Positions 46,043 through 55,758 of a DNA stretch of 64,000 bases are shown here, piece after piece. The position numbers and the translations under genes are program-made. The first letter of the stretch is position 1. Each line of letters starts with the position of its first letter. Below the pieces are notes generated by a model. The model saw only the letters and a list, made by a program, of their open reading frames with translations. It was not told the DNA's origin and did not search any database. The DNA comes from a bacterium (GTDB lineage Bacteria; Patescibacteriota; Patescibacteriia; Magasanikbacterales; GWA2-37-8): positions 17,524-81,523 of the forward strand of contig JBDROJ010000019.1 in NCBI GenBank assembly GCA_043810165.1, written 5' to 3'.

Positions 46043-47188
46043 TTAATTATTAATCATCTGTGCCAATATTTGGGCTGTTTGACTCATGGATACTTCTTTG
46101 CCAAATAATTTTACTTGCAGACCATTACGCTTTGCGCAATCCTTCATTAACCGCATGCCTTGTTCTTCATTTGGCCCGGCCCGACGAACAACTATTGGAT
46201 AATTAGGCTTAACTTCATCCAGGGCATTAATAATCCCTTGAAAAGTTTCAGCCACATCAGTAAAATTAGCCACCCCACCAGCAATCCACAAACCTTTTAA
46301 ACCAGGTCTAGATAAAACAACCTTGGCTAATTGGCAAACCTTTTCTTTAGGAGGATTACCAGAATATTCAGTATAATTAGCTGGCTTTAATCCAACCTTG
46401 TACAAAGCATCCATATTGGCGATACTAGCACCTCCACCAGAAAACAAAACCGCTATATCTCCATCCATTTCAATGTATCTACTGGCCGTGCCACGATAAT
46501 AGTCTTTGCCTTGATCAATTTTCTTTACCACTATTTCGCGCTCGGTAAGTGACCGACCCATCATGGTGCGCGCTTCTAGATCATTCCAATCTTCATGTCT
46601 AAATATGGCGTCCTCATCCAAAGCAATTTTTGCATCAACTGCCAACCACTTTCCATCTTTTGTTTTTACCAGGGGGTTAATCTCTACCAAACGAGCGTCT
46701 TCCTCTATAAAACACCTCCATAATTCCTTGGCCAAAGGAATATCGATATCTATCACTTCTTTTCTTATATCCAGGTAGTATTTCTCTATCTCTTGATCTG
46801 GAACAACTTCAATATCAACCCCACCTTGCTGACTGTAAACCAAAACCGGTTGTTTTTTGTTGGTATCATAGGTAATAGACAGGTAATATTCTTCTGCAAT
46901 ATCTAATTTCTCTTCAATGCGTACTGCCGTCACATACTGGTTCCTCACTTGCATGTCAAATAATTCTTTACAAGCTTGTTTAACTTGTTGGGCTGAAGAA
47001 CAAGGTCTGATAGCATTATTTTTACCACGACCTCCGGATAATACTTGCGCCTTTACCATTACATTCTCAGTCTCTAATCCTTCGTATGCTTGTACATAAT
47101 CATCACCACGCCTAACAACCACACCTTTGGGTATGGATATACCATATTTATCAAAAATATTTTTCCCTTCAAACTCGTAGAGATTCAT
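46043..47188 (-). CDS. Succinyl-CoA synthetase beta-like ATP-grasp subunit (citryl-CoA synthetase large-subunit candidate)
   Basis: MNLYEFEGKNIFDKYGISIPKG matches the SucC N-terminus. ATP-grasp and CoA-ligase domains. 381 aa. Confidence 0.7.
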   Translation of the reverse strand: MNLYEFEGKNIFDKYGISIPKGVVVRRGDDYVQAYEGLETENVMVKAQVLSGGRGKNNAIRPCSSAQQVKQACKELFDMQVRNQYVTAVRIEEKLDIAEEYYLSITYDTNKKQPVLVYSQQGGVDIEVVPDQEIEKYYLDIRKEVIDIDIPLAKELWRCFIEEDARLVEINPLVKTKDGKWLAVDAKIALDEDAIFRHEDWNDLEARTMMGRSLTEREIVVKKIDQGKDYYRGTASRYIEMDGDIAVLFSGGGASIANMDALYKVGLKPANYTEYSGNPPKEKVCQLAKVVLSRPGLKGLWIAGGVANFTDVAETFQGIINALDEVKPNYPIVVRRAGPNEEQGMRLMKDCAKRNGLQVKLFGKEVSMSQTAQILAQMINN

Positions 47189-47194
47189 AATATC

Positions 47195-47521
47195 TTAAAA
47201 ATCCATTCTAAATTCCTTGCCCCAATCTTTAAAACCTAAACTCTCATACCATTGATGCACATGAGTTTTAAAATAACGGGTAGTGCCAATTAGTTTGTAA
47301 CAATCTCGGTCTTTGGCCTCTTGAATTACAGCTTTAACAAGCTCGGTGCCAACACCTTGCTTGCGGTAATCTTCCTCAACAAATACATATTCTAACAGTC
47401 CGTATGGCTGTTCACGCACATTATATATTAAATACAAAAAAGCATAGCCAGCGATTCTTTCTCCATCTTTGGCTAAAATTTTAATAGCCTTAGAAGCTTG
47501 TTCTTGTTTTTCTATTTGCAT
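47195..47521 (-). CDS. GNAT-family N-acetyltransferase
   Basis: 108 aa with the acetyl-CoA-binding motif RKQGVGTELVKAV. Confidence 0.6.
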   Translation of the reverse strand: MQIEKQEQASKAIKILAKDGERIAGYAFLYLIYNVREQPYGLLEYVFVEEDYRKQGVGTELVKAVIQEAKDRDCYKLIGTTRYFKTHVHQWYESLGFKDWGKEFRMDF

Positions 47522-48465
47522 ATAATTTCTTTTAAAATTTTTCCTAATTTAATTGTGCAAAGACCGCCAGCTTCTTTCTCATAATCGCCTGATACTATAT
47601 TGTAATCCACTAAATCAGTTTCATTATATTCAATTAAGTCCCACTTCTTTTTATTATACTTTTGTTTTTGGTCTTCACTTAATTTTGCATTATTAAATAC
47701 AACACTGTCTAATTTACGCGGTAGATAAGTCTGCAATTGTGAAATAAATTCACTTAATTTAGTAGGTCCTGTCTCTCCGTCTATCTCATAAGCATTACCA
47801 ACTATATATATAAATTTAGCTGAAGAATCGGTCATGGCTTGCTTTAAACCCTGGGGCAACAGGGTAGCCACAATACTACAATATAAACTACCCGGACCGA
47901 TGAATATATAATCAGCTTGCTCAATCGCCTGTTTAGCACCCGCATAAACCCGTGCATCCGGCTCCAACCAGGCTTTTTTGATTCTTATTTTTTTATCATA
48001 ATCGGGCCGGTCAATTAGGCCCTCTGTTTTTATAATATCGCCATTTTCTAATTCAACTGCCAAATCAGTTTTGTCTAAAGTTGTTGGATAAACCTTGCCC
48101 ACCGCCTGCACGACCTGTTCTAAAGCTCGTACCGCGCAGACATAGTCTCCCCCATACTGTTCAGCCAATACTAAAAATAAATTGCCCAAATTATGGCTGT
48201 CTAATTTACCAACATTCTTAAATCTGACACGATTAAACATTGCCTTGAGCATGCTATAATCATGCATGGACATGGCCAAAACTGCACGCAGAATATCACC
48301 CGGAGGCAGAGTGTCAAATTCATGACGTAAACGGCCAGAAGATCCGCCAGAATCGCTCATGGAAACAACCGAAGAAATATTTAATAAATCTAAATTCTGT
48401 TTTAAGGCTTGAGTGGTAATGGCTGAACCATTGCCTCCGCCTATTACTACTGCATTTTTTTTCAT
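47512..48465 (-). CDS. YvcK/CofD-family protein (UPF0052 gluconeogenesis factor-like)
   Basis: MKKNAVVIGGGNGS...SMSDSGGSSGRLR matches the YvcK/CofD GGGxG...DDGGSSG signature. The ORF-track N-terminal extension (to 48534) runs into repeat copy E and is probably not translated. Confidence 0.6.
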   Translation of the reverse strand: MKKNAVVIGGGNGSAITTQALKQNLDLLNISSVVSMSDSGGSSGRLRHEFDTLPPGDILRAVLAMSMHDYSMLKAMFNRVRFKNVGKLDSHNLGNLFLVLAEQYGGDYVCAVRALEQVVQAVGKVYPTTLDKTDLAVELENGDIIKTEGLIDRPDYDKKIRIKKAWLEPDARVYAGAKQAIEQADYIFIGPGSLYCSIVATLLPQGLKQAMTDSSAKFIYIVGNAYEIDGETGPTKLSEFISQLQTYLPRKLDSVVFNNAKLSEDQKQKYNKKKWDLIEYNETDLVDYNIVSGDYEKEAGGLCTIKLGKILKEIICK

Positions 48466-48477
48466 AAATTTTTGTTT

Positions 48478-48640
48478 TGTCATTGTGAGGAGCGTAGCGT
48501 TGCTGACATTGCGAGGAGCGTAGCGACGAAGCAATCTCGCCTAGTTATATTGTAACGAGATTGCTTCGCTTACGCTCGCAATGGCAGGAAGACTTGGCTC
48601 GCAATGACAGCAACGCTACGCTCCTCGCAATAACAGATTA
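48478..48640. repeat. Nested palindromic repeat element, copy E
   Basis: ttgtcattgtgaggagcgtagcgttgctgacattgcgaggagcgtagcgacgaagcaatctcg[loop]cgagattgcttcgcttacgctcgcaatggcag...gctcgcaatgacagcaacgctacgctcctcgcaataacag. Confidence 0.8.
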
Positions 48641-49294
48641 TAAACCTAAATATTTAGAAATCTTTTTATCTTCCAAAGAATCAACCACCAAATCAGCCTG
48701 ACTAAAATCTCCAAAACTCCATCTCTTATCAGGCACAGCAATACAAGTCATTCCAGCTCGCTTTGCTGACACCACCCCATTTTCTGCGTCTTCAAAAACT
48801 AAACAGTCTTCAGGTTTCACTTGCAGACGCTCGGCTGTATACAGATAAATCCTTGGATCAGGCTTGCCCACAAAATTTACATGATCAGCTGATACTAATT
48901 CGTCAAAATACTCATGCCAACCAAAACGACCCACAACTAATTTGACACTGTCCAACGGTGCTCCTGAAGCGATTGCTTGCTTTATTTTCTCTTTCTTAAT
49001 ATTTCTAATTAAGTCAACTACTCCAGGCATAATTTTTGTTTTTTTCTGATAAAGTTCTTCTATCCTCTTATTTCTAAAGACAAATAAATCATCAATCGGT
49101 TGATCTATATTAAATTTTTCTTTCAACCAGGCCATACCTTCTTCTACACTCCTACCGGTTAAATATTTTATGGTATCTTCGGTTAACTCAAAGTCTATCT
49201 GTGAAAACAACTCCTTATCCAATTCAATCCAATGGATCATGCTGTCCACCAGCAAACCATCCATGTCATAAATTACCGCTTTAAATTTATTCAT
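48638..49294 (-). CDS. HAD-superfamily hydrolase (subfamily IA, beta-phosphoglucomutase-like)
   Basis: KAVIYDMDGLLVDS motif I with downstream motifs II/III. Confidence 0.65.
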   Translation of the reverse strand: MNKFKAVIYDMDGLLVDSMIHWIELDKELFSQIDFELTEDTIKYLTGRSVEEGMAWLKEKFNIDQPIDDLFVFRNKRIEELYQKKTKIMPGVVDLIRNIKKEKIKQAIASGAPLDSVKLVVGRFGWHEYFDELVSADHVNFVGKPDPRIYLYTAERLQVKPEDCLVFEDAENGVVSAKRAGMTCIAVPDKRWSFGDFSQADLVVDSLEDKKISKYLGL

Positions 49295-49296
49295 AT

Positions 49297-51120
49297 TTAT
49301 TCTACAGTTACGCTCTTGGCTAAATTTCTCGGTCTATCCACGTCTTTTCCCAACAAAACAGCCATATGATAAGCAAACAACTGTAAAGGTATGGAATTTA
49401 ATAATGGCTCCAATAATTCCATGGTCTTTGGCACATAAATCAAATCATCGGCAAGTTCTTTTGCCTGTTCATCATCTTCATTAACCACCAAAATTACCGG
49501 AGTTTCTCTGGCTCTAACTTCTTCAATATTGCTCCTAACTTTTTCATACAACTGATTCTTAGTCATCAATGCCACTACCAGCAAATCCGGAGACAATAAC
49601 GCATTGGCACCATGCTTCATCTCGCCAGCTGGATAACATTCACTATGAATATATGATATTTCTTTTAATTTATGAGATCCTTCCAATGCAACAGGAAAAT
49701 TAATGCCTCTCCCCAAATATAGTGCGTCACTAAAACCCTTATATTTATTAACTAATTGTTTAATGGTGTCATTAGTTTCTAAAACCTTATTCATTTTTTC
49801 TGGGATCTCTAATAAAGCTTGCAATAAGCGCTGTCCTGTGGCCAAACTGACCCTGTTTAAACGGCCGAACTGTAAAGCTAATAATATCATTATGGCTATC
49901 ATATTGGTGTAAGCTTTTGTGGAAGCAACTGCCAGCTCCGGACCGGCATGAATATAACTACCGCCATCTGTCTCGCGTGCGATAGTAGAACCGACAACAT
50001 TGACTATGCCTCTAACAAACGCCCCGCGACGCTTGGCCTCCCGCAAGGCCGCCAATGTATCAGCGGTTTCCCCGGATTGAGACACGGCAAATACCAAAGT
50101 ATTTTTATTAACAATGGGATCGCGATAACGAAATTCACTGGCCACGTCAACTTCAACCGGAATTCCTGACAATCTTTCAAAAGCGTACTTGCCGATCATG
50201 GCTGCATAATTGGCTGTACCACAGGCAATAAAAATAACCCGATTTATCTGATGCATTTGCTCTTCAGTCATATTCAAACCGCCCAAATGAGCGGTGCCCT
50301 CTTCCAAATTATATCGTCCGCGAATTGCATCTTCAAATACAGTGGGTTGGTCAAAAATTTCTTTAAGCATAAAATGATCATAGCCTTGCTTTTGAGCTTG
50401 ATCTTCATCCCAATCAATATGCTCAACCTGTTTGGTTATTTCTTTGTCTTTTAAAGTATATGTTTTGTAGCCTTCATAATTAATTTCAACAATTTCCCCA
50501 TCATCAAGAAAAAATACCTCCTTGGTATGAGTTAAAAGAGGAGATGTGTCTGAAGCCACAAAGTATTCCCCTTGATCAAATCCAACCACCAACGGACTAC
50601 CCAAACGAGCGGCCACCAGCTTGCCTTCCTCTTTGCAATGCATGGCCACCAAGCCATAAGTTCCTCTCACTTTTGTCAAGGCCTTTTCCATGGCCAAGCG
50701 CAAATCACCTTCATAAAAATACTCAATCAGATGAGCCAGTACTTCTGTATCAGTTTCTGAAACAAATTTATGGTCTTTTAAATATTCATCCTTTAATTCG
50801 CGATAATTTTCAATTATTCCATTGTGTACAACCACCAGATCCTTGGTACAACCCCAATGAGGATGGGCATTTTCATCAGTAACACCGCCGTGCGTGGCCC
50901 AGCGAGTATGAGCTATGCCTACTGTACCGCGCAGGCTCGCATTTTTTAGCTTTGCCTCCAAATTACCTATTCTTCCTGATGATTTTTCAATGCAAATCTC
51001 ATGATCTTGGCAGATTGCCACGCCAGCACTGTCATAACCCCTATATTCAAGCCGGCGCAAACCTTGAATTAATATGGGCAAAGCTTGTTTTTTACCAATG
51101 TATCCAATTATTCCACACAT
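49297..51120 (-). CDS. glmS: Glutamine--fructose-6-phosphate aminotransferase
   Basis: N-terminal MCGIIGYIG (Ntn Cys), two SIS domains, and C-terminal ...SVTVE. Confidence 0.9.
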   Translation of the reverse strand: MCGIIGYIGKKQALPILIQGLRRLEYRGYDSAGVAICQDHEICIEKSSGRIGNLEAKLKNASLRGTVGIAHTRWATHGGVTDENAHPHWGCTKDLVVVHNGIIENYRELKDEYLKDHKFVSETDTEVLAHLIEYFYEGDLRLAMEKALTKVRGTYGLVAMHCKEEGKLVAARLGSPLVVGFDQGEYFVASDTSPLLTHTKEVFFLDDGEIVEINYEGYKTYTLKDKEITKQVEHIDWDEDQAQKQGYDHFMLKEIFDQPTVFEDAIRGRYNLEEGTAHLGGLNMTEEQMHQINRVIFIACGTANYAAMIGKYAFERLSGIPVEVDVASEFRYRDPIVNKNTLVFAVSQSGETADTLAALREAKRRGAFVRGIVNVVGSTIARETDGGSYIHAGPELAVASTKAYTNMIAIMILLALQFGRLNRVSLATGQRLLQALLEIPEKMNKVLETNDTIKQLVNKYKGFSDALYLGRGINFPVALEGSHKLKEISYIHSECYPAGEMKHGANALLSPDLLVVALMTKNQLYEKVRSNIEEVRARETPVILVVNEDDEQAKELADDLIYVPKTMELLEPLLNSIPLQLFAYHMAVLLGKDVDRPRNLAKSVTVE

Positions 51121-51130
51121 AATTTTAAAA

Positions 51131-51628
51131 TTAATATTTTATCCCTAATTCAAATGCTTTTTGATTTTCTTCCCAGCCAATTTTAGCGCTCAATTTTTTA
51201 CTTAATGAATCACTCAACAAATCCAAGTTCATTATATTTTGATCAGCCAATTTTTTTCCTAATAAGCCGAGAAAAAATATATTGTATGATTGTTCTTGAA
51301 TCTGGTTTTGTTTAAAATTTTCCAAATAATCTTCAATATACAAAACTTCAGCGTCTTCAATATAATGTTGAGTTCGTTCTCTGGCTTGTTCTGACATAAT
51401 CAATAAAATATCAGGTTTTGTAAATCTGGGATAAACAATTTCTTTATTACTAATCTGCACAAAAGCCAATGACACGCCACCGCGCTGTTCCAAACCAAAA
51501 TTAGGAATATCAGTAACATAAAATCCGTTAGCAAAAGCAGTTTGTGTTAATAGGTTGGCGATTGTTTGCAAGCCTTGCCCGCCGTCGCCGGCAAAAATAA
51601 TTTTTATGTTCATATTATAATTCACCAA
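51131..51628 (-). CDS. 2-oxoacid:ferredoxin oxidoreductase gamma subunit
   Basis: IIFAGDGGQGLQTIANLLT is the POR gamma signature. 165 aa. Confidence 0.7.
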   Translation of the reverse strand: MVNYNMNIKIIFAGDGGQGLQTIANLLTQTAFANGFYVTDIPNFGLEQRGGVSLAFVQISNKEIVYPRFTKPDILLIMSEQARERTQHYIEDAEVLYIEDYLENFKQNQIQEQSYNIFFLGLLGKKLADQNIMNLDLLSDSLSKKLSAKIGWEENQKAFELGIKY

Positions 51629-52289
51629 TTTTAAAAACTTCTTTAATGCCGTCTAGACGATCCAAGGTATCCTTACCTCTTGTCCTCCAATTAGTGGGGC
51701 AAAAAGATAAAACTTCAACCATGGCAAAATGTCCAGCTTGTTGAGTTTTAACGGCTTTTTCAAGATATTCCATAAGATCTTTTGGGTCATTTACAGCTGT
51801 GCGCGCCAAATATGCATCTTTATTGGCTACTTGCTTTATTAATTCAAGTCCGAACAAAGGCTCTTGATCTATGCCTTGCGGATTAGTACTGGTAATTTGT
51901 CCGACCAAACTGGTGGGAGCAGTCTGCCCTCCGGTCATGGCATAAAGTGTATTATTTATCACAATAATACTTACAGCTTCATCGCGCTTGGCCGAATGCA
52001 ATAAATTTTGCAAGCCGATAGCATAAGCTCCGCCATCTCCGGTCAAGCCCAAACTGATTGAATCGGGTTGAGCGCCTTTAAAACCAATCATAGTAGGCGT
52101 AACCCGGCCATGGTGAGTTTGAAAGGTATTGATGGGCAAAAAATTAATTGCTAAAAGCGAACAGCCGATATCAAGACCAAGTACAGCCTGATCAATCAAG
52201 CCTAATTTTTCTAATACTTTATTCAGAGTCATTAATACCATGGGATAACCGCAACCTGGACAAAATTTTGACAATTTGGGATTATACAT
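51615..52289 (-). CDS. 2-oxoacid:ferredoxin oxidoreductase beta subunit (TPP-binding)
   Basis: CPGCGY...GDGG-containing TPP-binding motif (LTGDGGAYAIG). Confidence 0.7.
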   Translation of the reverse strand: MYNPKLSKFCPGCGYPMVLMTLNKVLEKLGLIDQAVLGLDIGCSLLAINFLPINTFQTHHGRVTPTMIGFKGAQPDSISLGLTGDGGAYAIGLQNLLHSAKRDEAVSIIVINNTLYAMTGGQTAPTSLVGQITSTNPQGIDQEPLFGLELIKQVANKDAYLARTAVNDPKDLMEYLEKAVKTQQAGHFAMVEVLSFCPTNWRTRGKDTLDRLDGIKEVFKIGEL

Positions 52290-53307
52290 ATCTTTTTACA
52301 ATTTCTTCTGGCTCTATACCCAGACCTGGATAATGCCAGCCATTTAATTCAATATTAATTTGAGAATCCAGATCATCTCTAACCAGCCTTTCTAGCTGGC
52401 CTGCTGATGATTCAATCACTGTAATTTTTTTGATTCTAGATGCGACTTCACTCAATTGTTTTTTGGGAAAAGGACGAATACTGATCGGGCGGAACAAACC
52501 AACTTTCTTTCCTTGTTCACGCAAATCATCCACCGCCTGTTTAGCGCTTGCCCCGACTATGCCATGGGCTATAAATAATTCTTCAGCATCTTCAACCATA
52601 TATTGTTCAGCCGATTCTATTTGAGGCCTAATTTTATCAAAATCCTGCTGATCTTTATTTAATTTTTCATATAATTCTTCCTCTAAAGTATATATACTGG
52701 GCAGATGGACATTCTGTCCGGGACTAACCAGAGGATATGATTTAACATTTTCCTGATTAGGCTGTCTGACAAGATCAACCACGCCTTTCATTTTTAGCAA
52801 GTACCCATCGGTCAAAACTATGGCGGGAAAACGATATTTCCAGACATCATTAAAAGCCTTGATTGTTAAATTATAAAGTTCATTTAAGTTGGAAGGAGAA
52901 TATACCAAGCGCATGCCTTCGCCATTACCCCCATAGCAAGACAATATTACTTCTTGCTGAGAATAAATTACAGTGCCAGAACTTGGGCCACCGCGCTGGC
53001 CAATAATAGCCACAAAAGGCAGACGCATACCTTCGGCCATGCTCATGCCATCTTGCATTAAAACATGACCAGGACCGGCCGTGGCTGTAAAAGCCTTTTG
53101 CCCGCCTAATACTGCGCCGCACACTGCAAAACCTGCTGATATTTCATCTTCAGTCTGTAGATATGGCAAACCGCGCCCAATCCAACCGCTAAACACCTCG
53201 CTACTTGGAGTAATCGGATAGCCATACATGATATCAGCGCCTGCATCCACGCAAGCTTGCAAAGTCACCTCGGCTCCGGTTAATAATTGTTTTTTATTTT
53301 CAGTCAT
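52282..53307 (-). CDS. 2-oxoacid:ferredoxin oxidoreductase alpha subunit
   Basis: POR alpha domains. The likely start is MTENKKQLLTGAEV (the ORF-track extension to 53376 overlaps the upstream gene). No delta/ferredoxin subunit is adjacent. Confidence 0.65.
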   Translation of the reverse strand: MTENKKQLLTGAEVTLQACVDAGADIMYGYPITPSSEVFSGWIGRGLPYLQTEDEISAGFAVCGAVLGGQKAFTATAGPGHVLMQDGMSMAEGMRLPFVAIIGQRGGPSSGTVIYSQQEVILSCYGGNGEGMRLVYSPSNLNELYNLTIKAFNDVWKYRFPAIVLTDGYLLKMKGVVDLVRQPNQENVKSYPLVSPGQNVHLPSIYTLEEELYEKLNKDQQDFDKIRPQIESAEQYMVEDAEELFIAHGIVGASAKQAVDDLREQGKKVGLFRPISIRPFPKKQLSEVASRIKKITVIESSAGQLERLVRDDLDSQINIELNGWHYPGLGIEPEEIVKRYV

Positions 53308-53309
53308 AA

Positions 53310-54080
53310 TTACAAAAATAATTTTTTTCTTTTGTCCGCTTCTTCCAATTCTTCTTTGGTATTCACGCCAAACCACTCTCTCCTGTCCTGCAATTTAACA
53401 ACTCGCACAGACAAGCCTTCTTTTTGAGCCATCATAAAGGCAGTAGGCAACCCATACTCGCCCAGCTTTTCAATAATCGGCATATTGGGAAACATATTCT
53501 TATACCACCTTCTATTAAAACAAAAAGTTCCGGTGCTGGTTTCAGTGGTGTGCCTATTCTCTTCGGTCAGGTATTCTTTCTCAATTATATCTATCTCATG
53601 GCCGTTTCTAATTATACGCCCGTAAGCAAAAGAAGAAGAATCAATGCTAGTGGAAAGCAAAGATACCATGGCTTGTTCCTCAATATGCTGATTTATTAAA
53701 TTTTCAATTGTAGTTGATTTAAAAAAGGCACTATCATCTCCGTTCATGACCAATATATTATCAACTTCATCAGGTAATGCTTTTATACCAATATACGTGG
53801 CGTGGGCTGTGCCCAACTGTTCTTCTTGCACCGCATAAGTAACCTTGTCACCAAAAAAATCCATAACTTTTTCTTTGTGAAAACCAACTACCAAAGAAAT
53901 TTTTTCTTTGGTAAACCCAAGCCGGTATAAGGTGTCGACAATATAACTGACGATTGGCTTTCCTCCTATTTCCAGCATCGTCTTGGGCGTATCATTGCAT
54001 TGCAGACGCGTGCCTTGTCCAGCTGACAAAACCACGGCTCCAAAATTACCTATTATCCCTGATATATTCATATATTTCAT
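53310..54080 (-). CDS. Sugar-1-phosphate nucleotidylyltransferase, GlmU N-terminal (uridylyltransferase)-like, without an LbH acetyltransferase domain
   Basis: AVVLSAGQGTRL, PKTMLEIGGKPIV, QEEQLGTAHAT and a GDD-like NGDDSAF. 256 aa. Confidence 0.6.
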   Translation of the reverse strand: MKYMNISGIIGNFGAVVLSAGQGTRLQCNDTPKTMLEIGGKPIVSYIVDTLYRLGFTKEKISLVVGFHKEKVMDFFGDKVTYAVQEEQLGTAHATYIGIKALPDEVDNILVMNGDDSAFFKSTTIENLINQHIEEQAMVSLLSTSIDSSSFAYGRIIRNGHEIDIIEKEYLTEENRHTTETSTGTFCFNRRWYKNMFPNMPIIEKLGEYGLPTAFMMAQKEGLSVRVVKLQDRREWFGVNTKEELEEADKRKKLFL

Positions 54081-54696
54081 TTAAAGTTTTAAAATATGGT
54101 AATTGGCTTTTAATATATTCTTGCTCGTCTATGTCTTCGGATTTTTTTAGAATGTAATTAATTTTTGGATGATTCTTTTTGACATTGAGAGTTTCATCCG
54201 GACGATTGTTTATAAACCAGATTTTTGATAAATTTTTTCCATTTGCCAATTCTGCAACCACATCGCTTTTGTCTGTGCGCGTTAATATAAATCTATCAAA
54301 GTATTCTTCAAAACCCGATCCTTTGGCTTTTAAAGTTTGAAAATCCGTATCGCCAAAACTTAATAAAATCATTGGTTCTCCCAAACTTTTCATTTGTCCT
54401 AAAAAAGACAGAGAATCCGAAAATAAAAAAGTTTTTAAAATTTCTGAACTAATTGTTTTTTCCAAAGCTTGAAAAACTTCCTCTTGATCAAAACCATGCT
54501 TGGATAAAACTTGAGCGTGCTTTATATTATTATAGCCAATCGGTTCCTGATTGCGCGCTTCAGAATAAGTCTTGTCATACAGGTCTTCAGTAACGCCCAA
54601 TTTATTTAGAACAGACAAACGAACTTCTTTAAAACCGTGCACGCCCCTTGTATTGAATAATGTATCATCAAGGTCAATTATGAACATAGAACTCAT
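54046..54696 (-). CDS. HAD-like hydrolase
   Basis: MFIIDLDDTLFNT is a DxD motif I. Confidence 0.5.
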   Translation of the reverse strand: MSSMFIIDLDDTLFNTRGVHGFKEVRLSVLNKLGVTEDLYDKTYSEARNQEPIGYNNIKHAQVLSKHGFDQEEVFQALEKTISSEILKTFLFSDSLSFLGQMKSLGEPMILLSFGDTDFQTLKAKGSGFEEYFDRFILTRTDKSDVVAELANGKNLSKIWFINNRPDETLNVKKNHPKINYILKKSEDIDEQEYIKSQLPYFKTLNEIYEYIRDNR

Positions 54697-54726
54697 ATTA
54701 AATTTTTTAGATTAGTCTCGTGGATA

Positions 54727-54882
54727 ATGGGCGTTTCTGTCATTGCTAGCGTAGCGCTATTGTCATTGCGAGGAGCGGAGCGACGAAGCAATCTCGCTGC
54801 CCTAGAACCAACGAGATTGCTTCGCTTACGCTCGCAATGACAGAAACGCTATACAGGCTCGCAATGACAGATTTGACTAATT
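54727..54882. repeat. Nested palindromic repeat element, copy F
   Basis: gtttctgtcattgctagcgtagcgctattgtcattgcgaggagcggagcgacgaagcaatctcg[loop]cgagattgcttcgcttacgctcgcaatgacagaaacgct...gctcgcaatgacag. Confidence 0.8.
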
Positions 54883-54915
54883 TAGATTAAATGTTAAAAG
54901 TGATTTAATACTATT

Positions 54916-55671
54916 TTATAATTTATTCCACAAATTATCAAAAATATTTTTCTGCGTTTGAAATATTCCTTCATTTTCCACAACCACCCCCACAGGCTCA
55001 TCTTTGGCATTAAGAGAAATATACGCGGTCTTGCCCGGATATATTAAAATATATGTTGGCGTACTGTCTTCAGCTGAAAGCCATTTGCGCTCGTCCATGC
55101 CGCGCAGCTCTCCGCCATCGCCGATGGCGATTACTTTAACAGCAATTCCTTTTGAAATGCGCACATCGCTGAAAGTTTCAAAACCATCATATAGGTATTC
55201 TCGAATTCCGGCAGATGAATAAATACGATAAATTTTTTCTCCACTATTTTCACAAACATCAAGCAGGTCTTCCATTATTTTTACTATTTGATTTTTATTA
55301 TAATAACGGGCGATCGGACGTTCTCCACCTTTATCATAAATTGACCTAAGTTCTGGAATCATCTTATCTAATTTTTTGTCTATTTCTTCTAATTCTTCAG
55401 ACTTATCCAGAACCAAACCATGCAGTTTTTCCGGATCTTCAACCACGAATAACTGTTTTTTTTCTTTCTTATAAAATCCAACCAAACCCTTGTCTTTCAA
55501 CCATTTTAAATTATCATATACCGTACCACGGTTCAAATCAGTCTTTTCGGCTATTTTACGCACCGAAGATGGGCCCAAACTCAATAAAGCCAGGTAAATA
55601 TTGGCTAACTTGTCAGAAAATCCTAAACTTTTGAGTAGGTTGATATCCATATAATAGGCTATGTTAAGCAT
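54916..55671 (-). CDS. TrmB-family transcriptional regulator (second copy)
   Basis: N-terminal wHTH LLKSLGFSDKLANIYLALLSLGPSSVRKIAEKTDLNRGTVYDNL. Confidence 0.65.
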   Translation of the reverse strand: MLNIAYYMDINLLKSLGFSDKLANIYLALLSLGPSSVRKIAEKTDLNRGTVYDNLKWLKDKGLVGFYKKEKKQLFVVEDPEKLHGLVLDKSEELEEIDKKLDKMIPELRSIYDKGGERPIARYYNKNQIVKIMEDLLDVCENSGEKIYRIYSSAGIREYLYDGFETFSDVRISKGIAVKVIAIGDGGELRGMDERKWLSAEDSTPTYILIYPGKTAYISLNAKDEPVGVVVENEGIFQTQKNIFDNLWNKL

Positions 55672-55758
55672 AATACATAACTAAAAAACTGTCAAGTTTT
55701 TCCCGACAGTTTCTTGTGGATAAGTTATTGGGAGCTATTTCTAAATCTTCATCTTATC

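Noticed and set aside
47512-48534. Full 340-aa reading of the YvcK-like ORF
   Set aside because: The first 23 codons are encoded by repeat copy E (MLRRYAPRNVSNATLLT…). The conserved YvcK N-terminus begins at MKKNAVVIGGG, so the start was moved to 48465.
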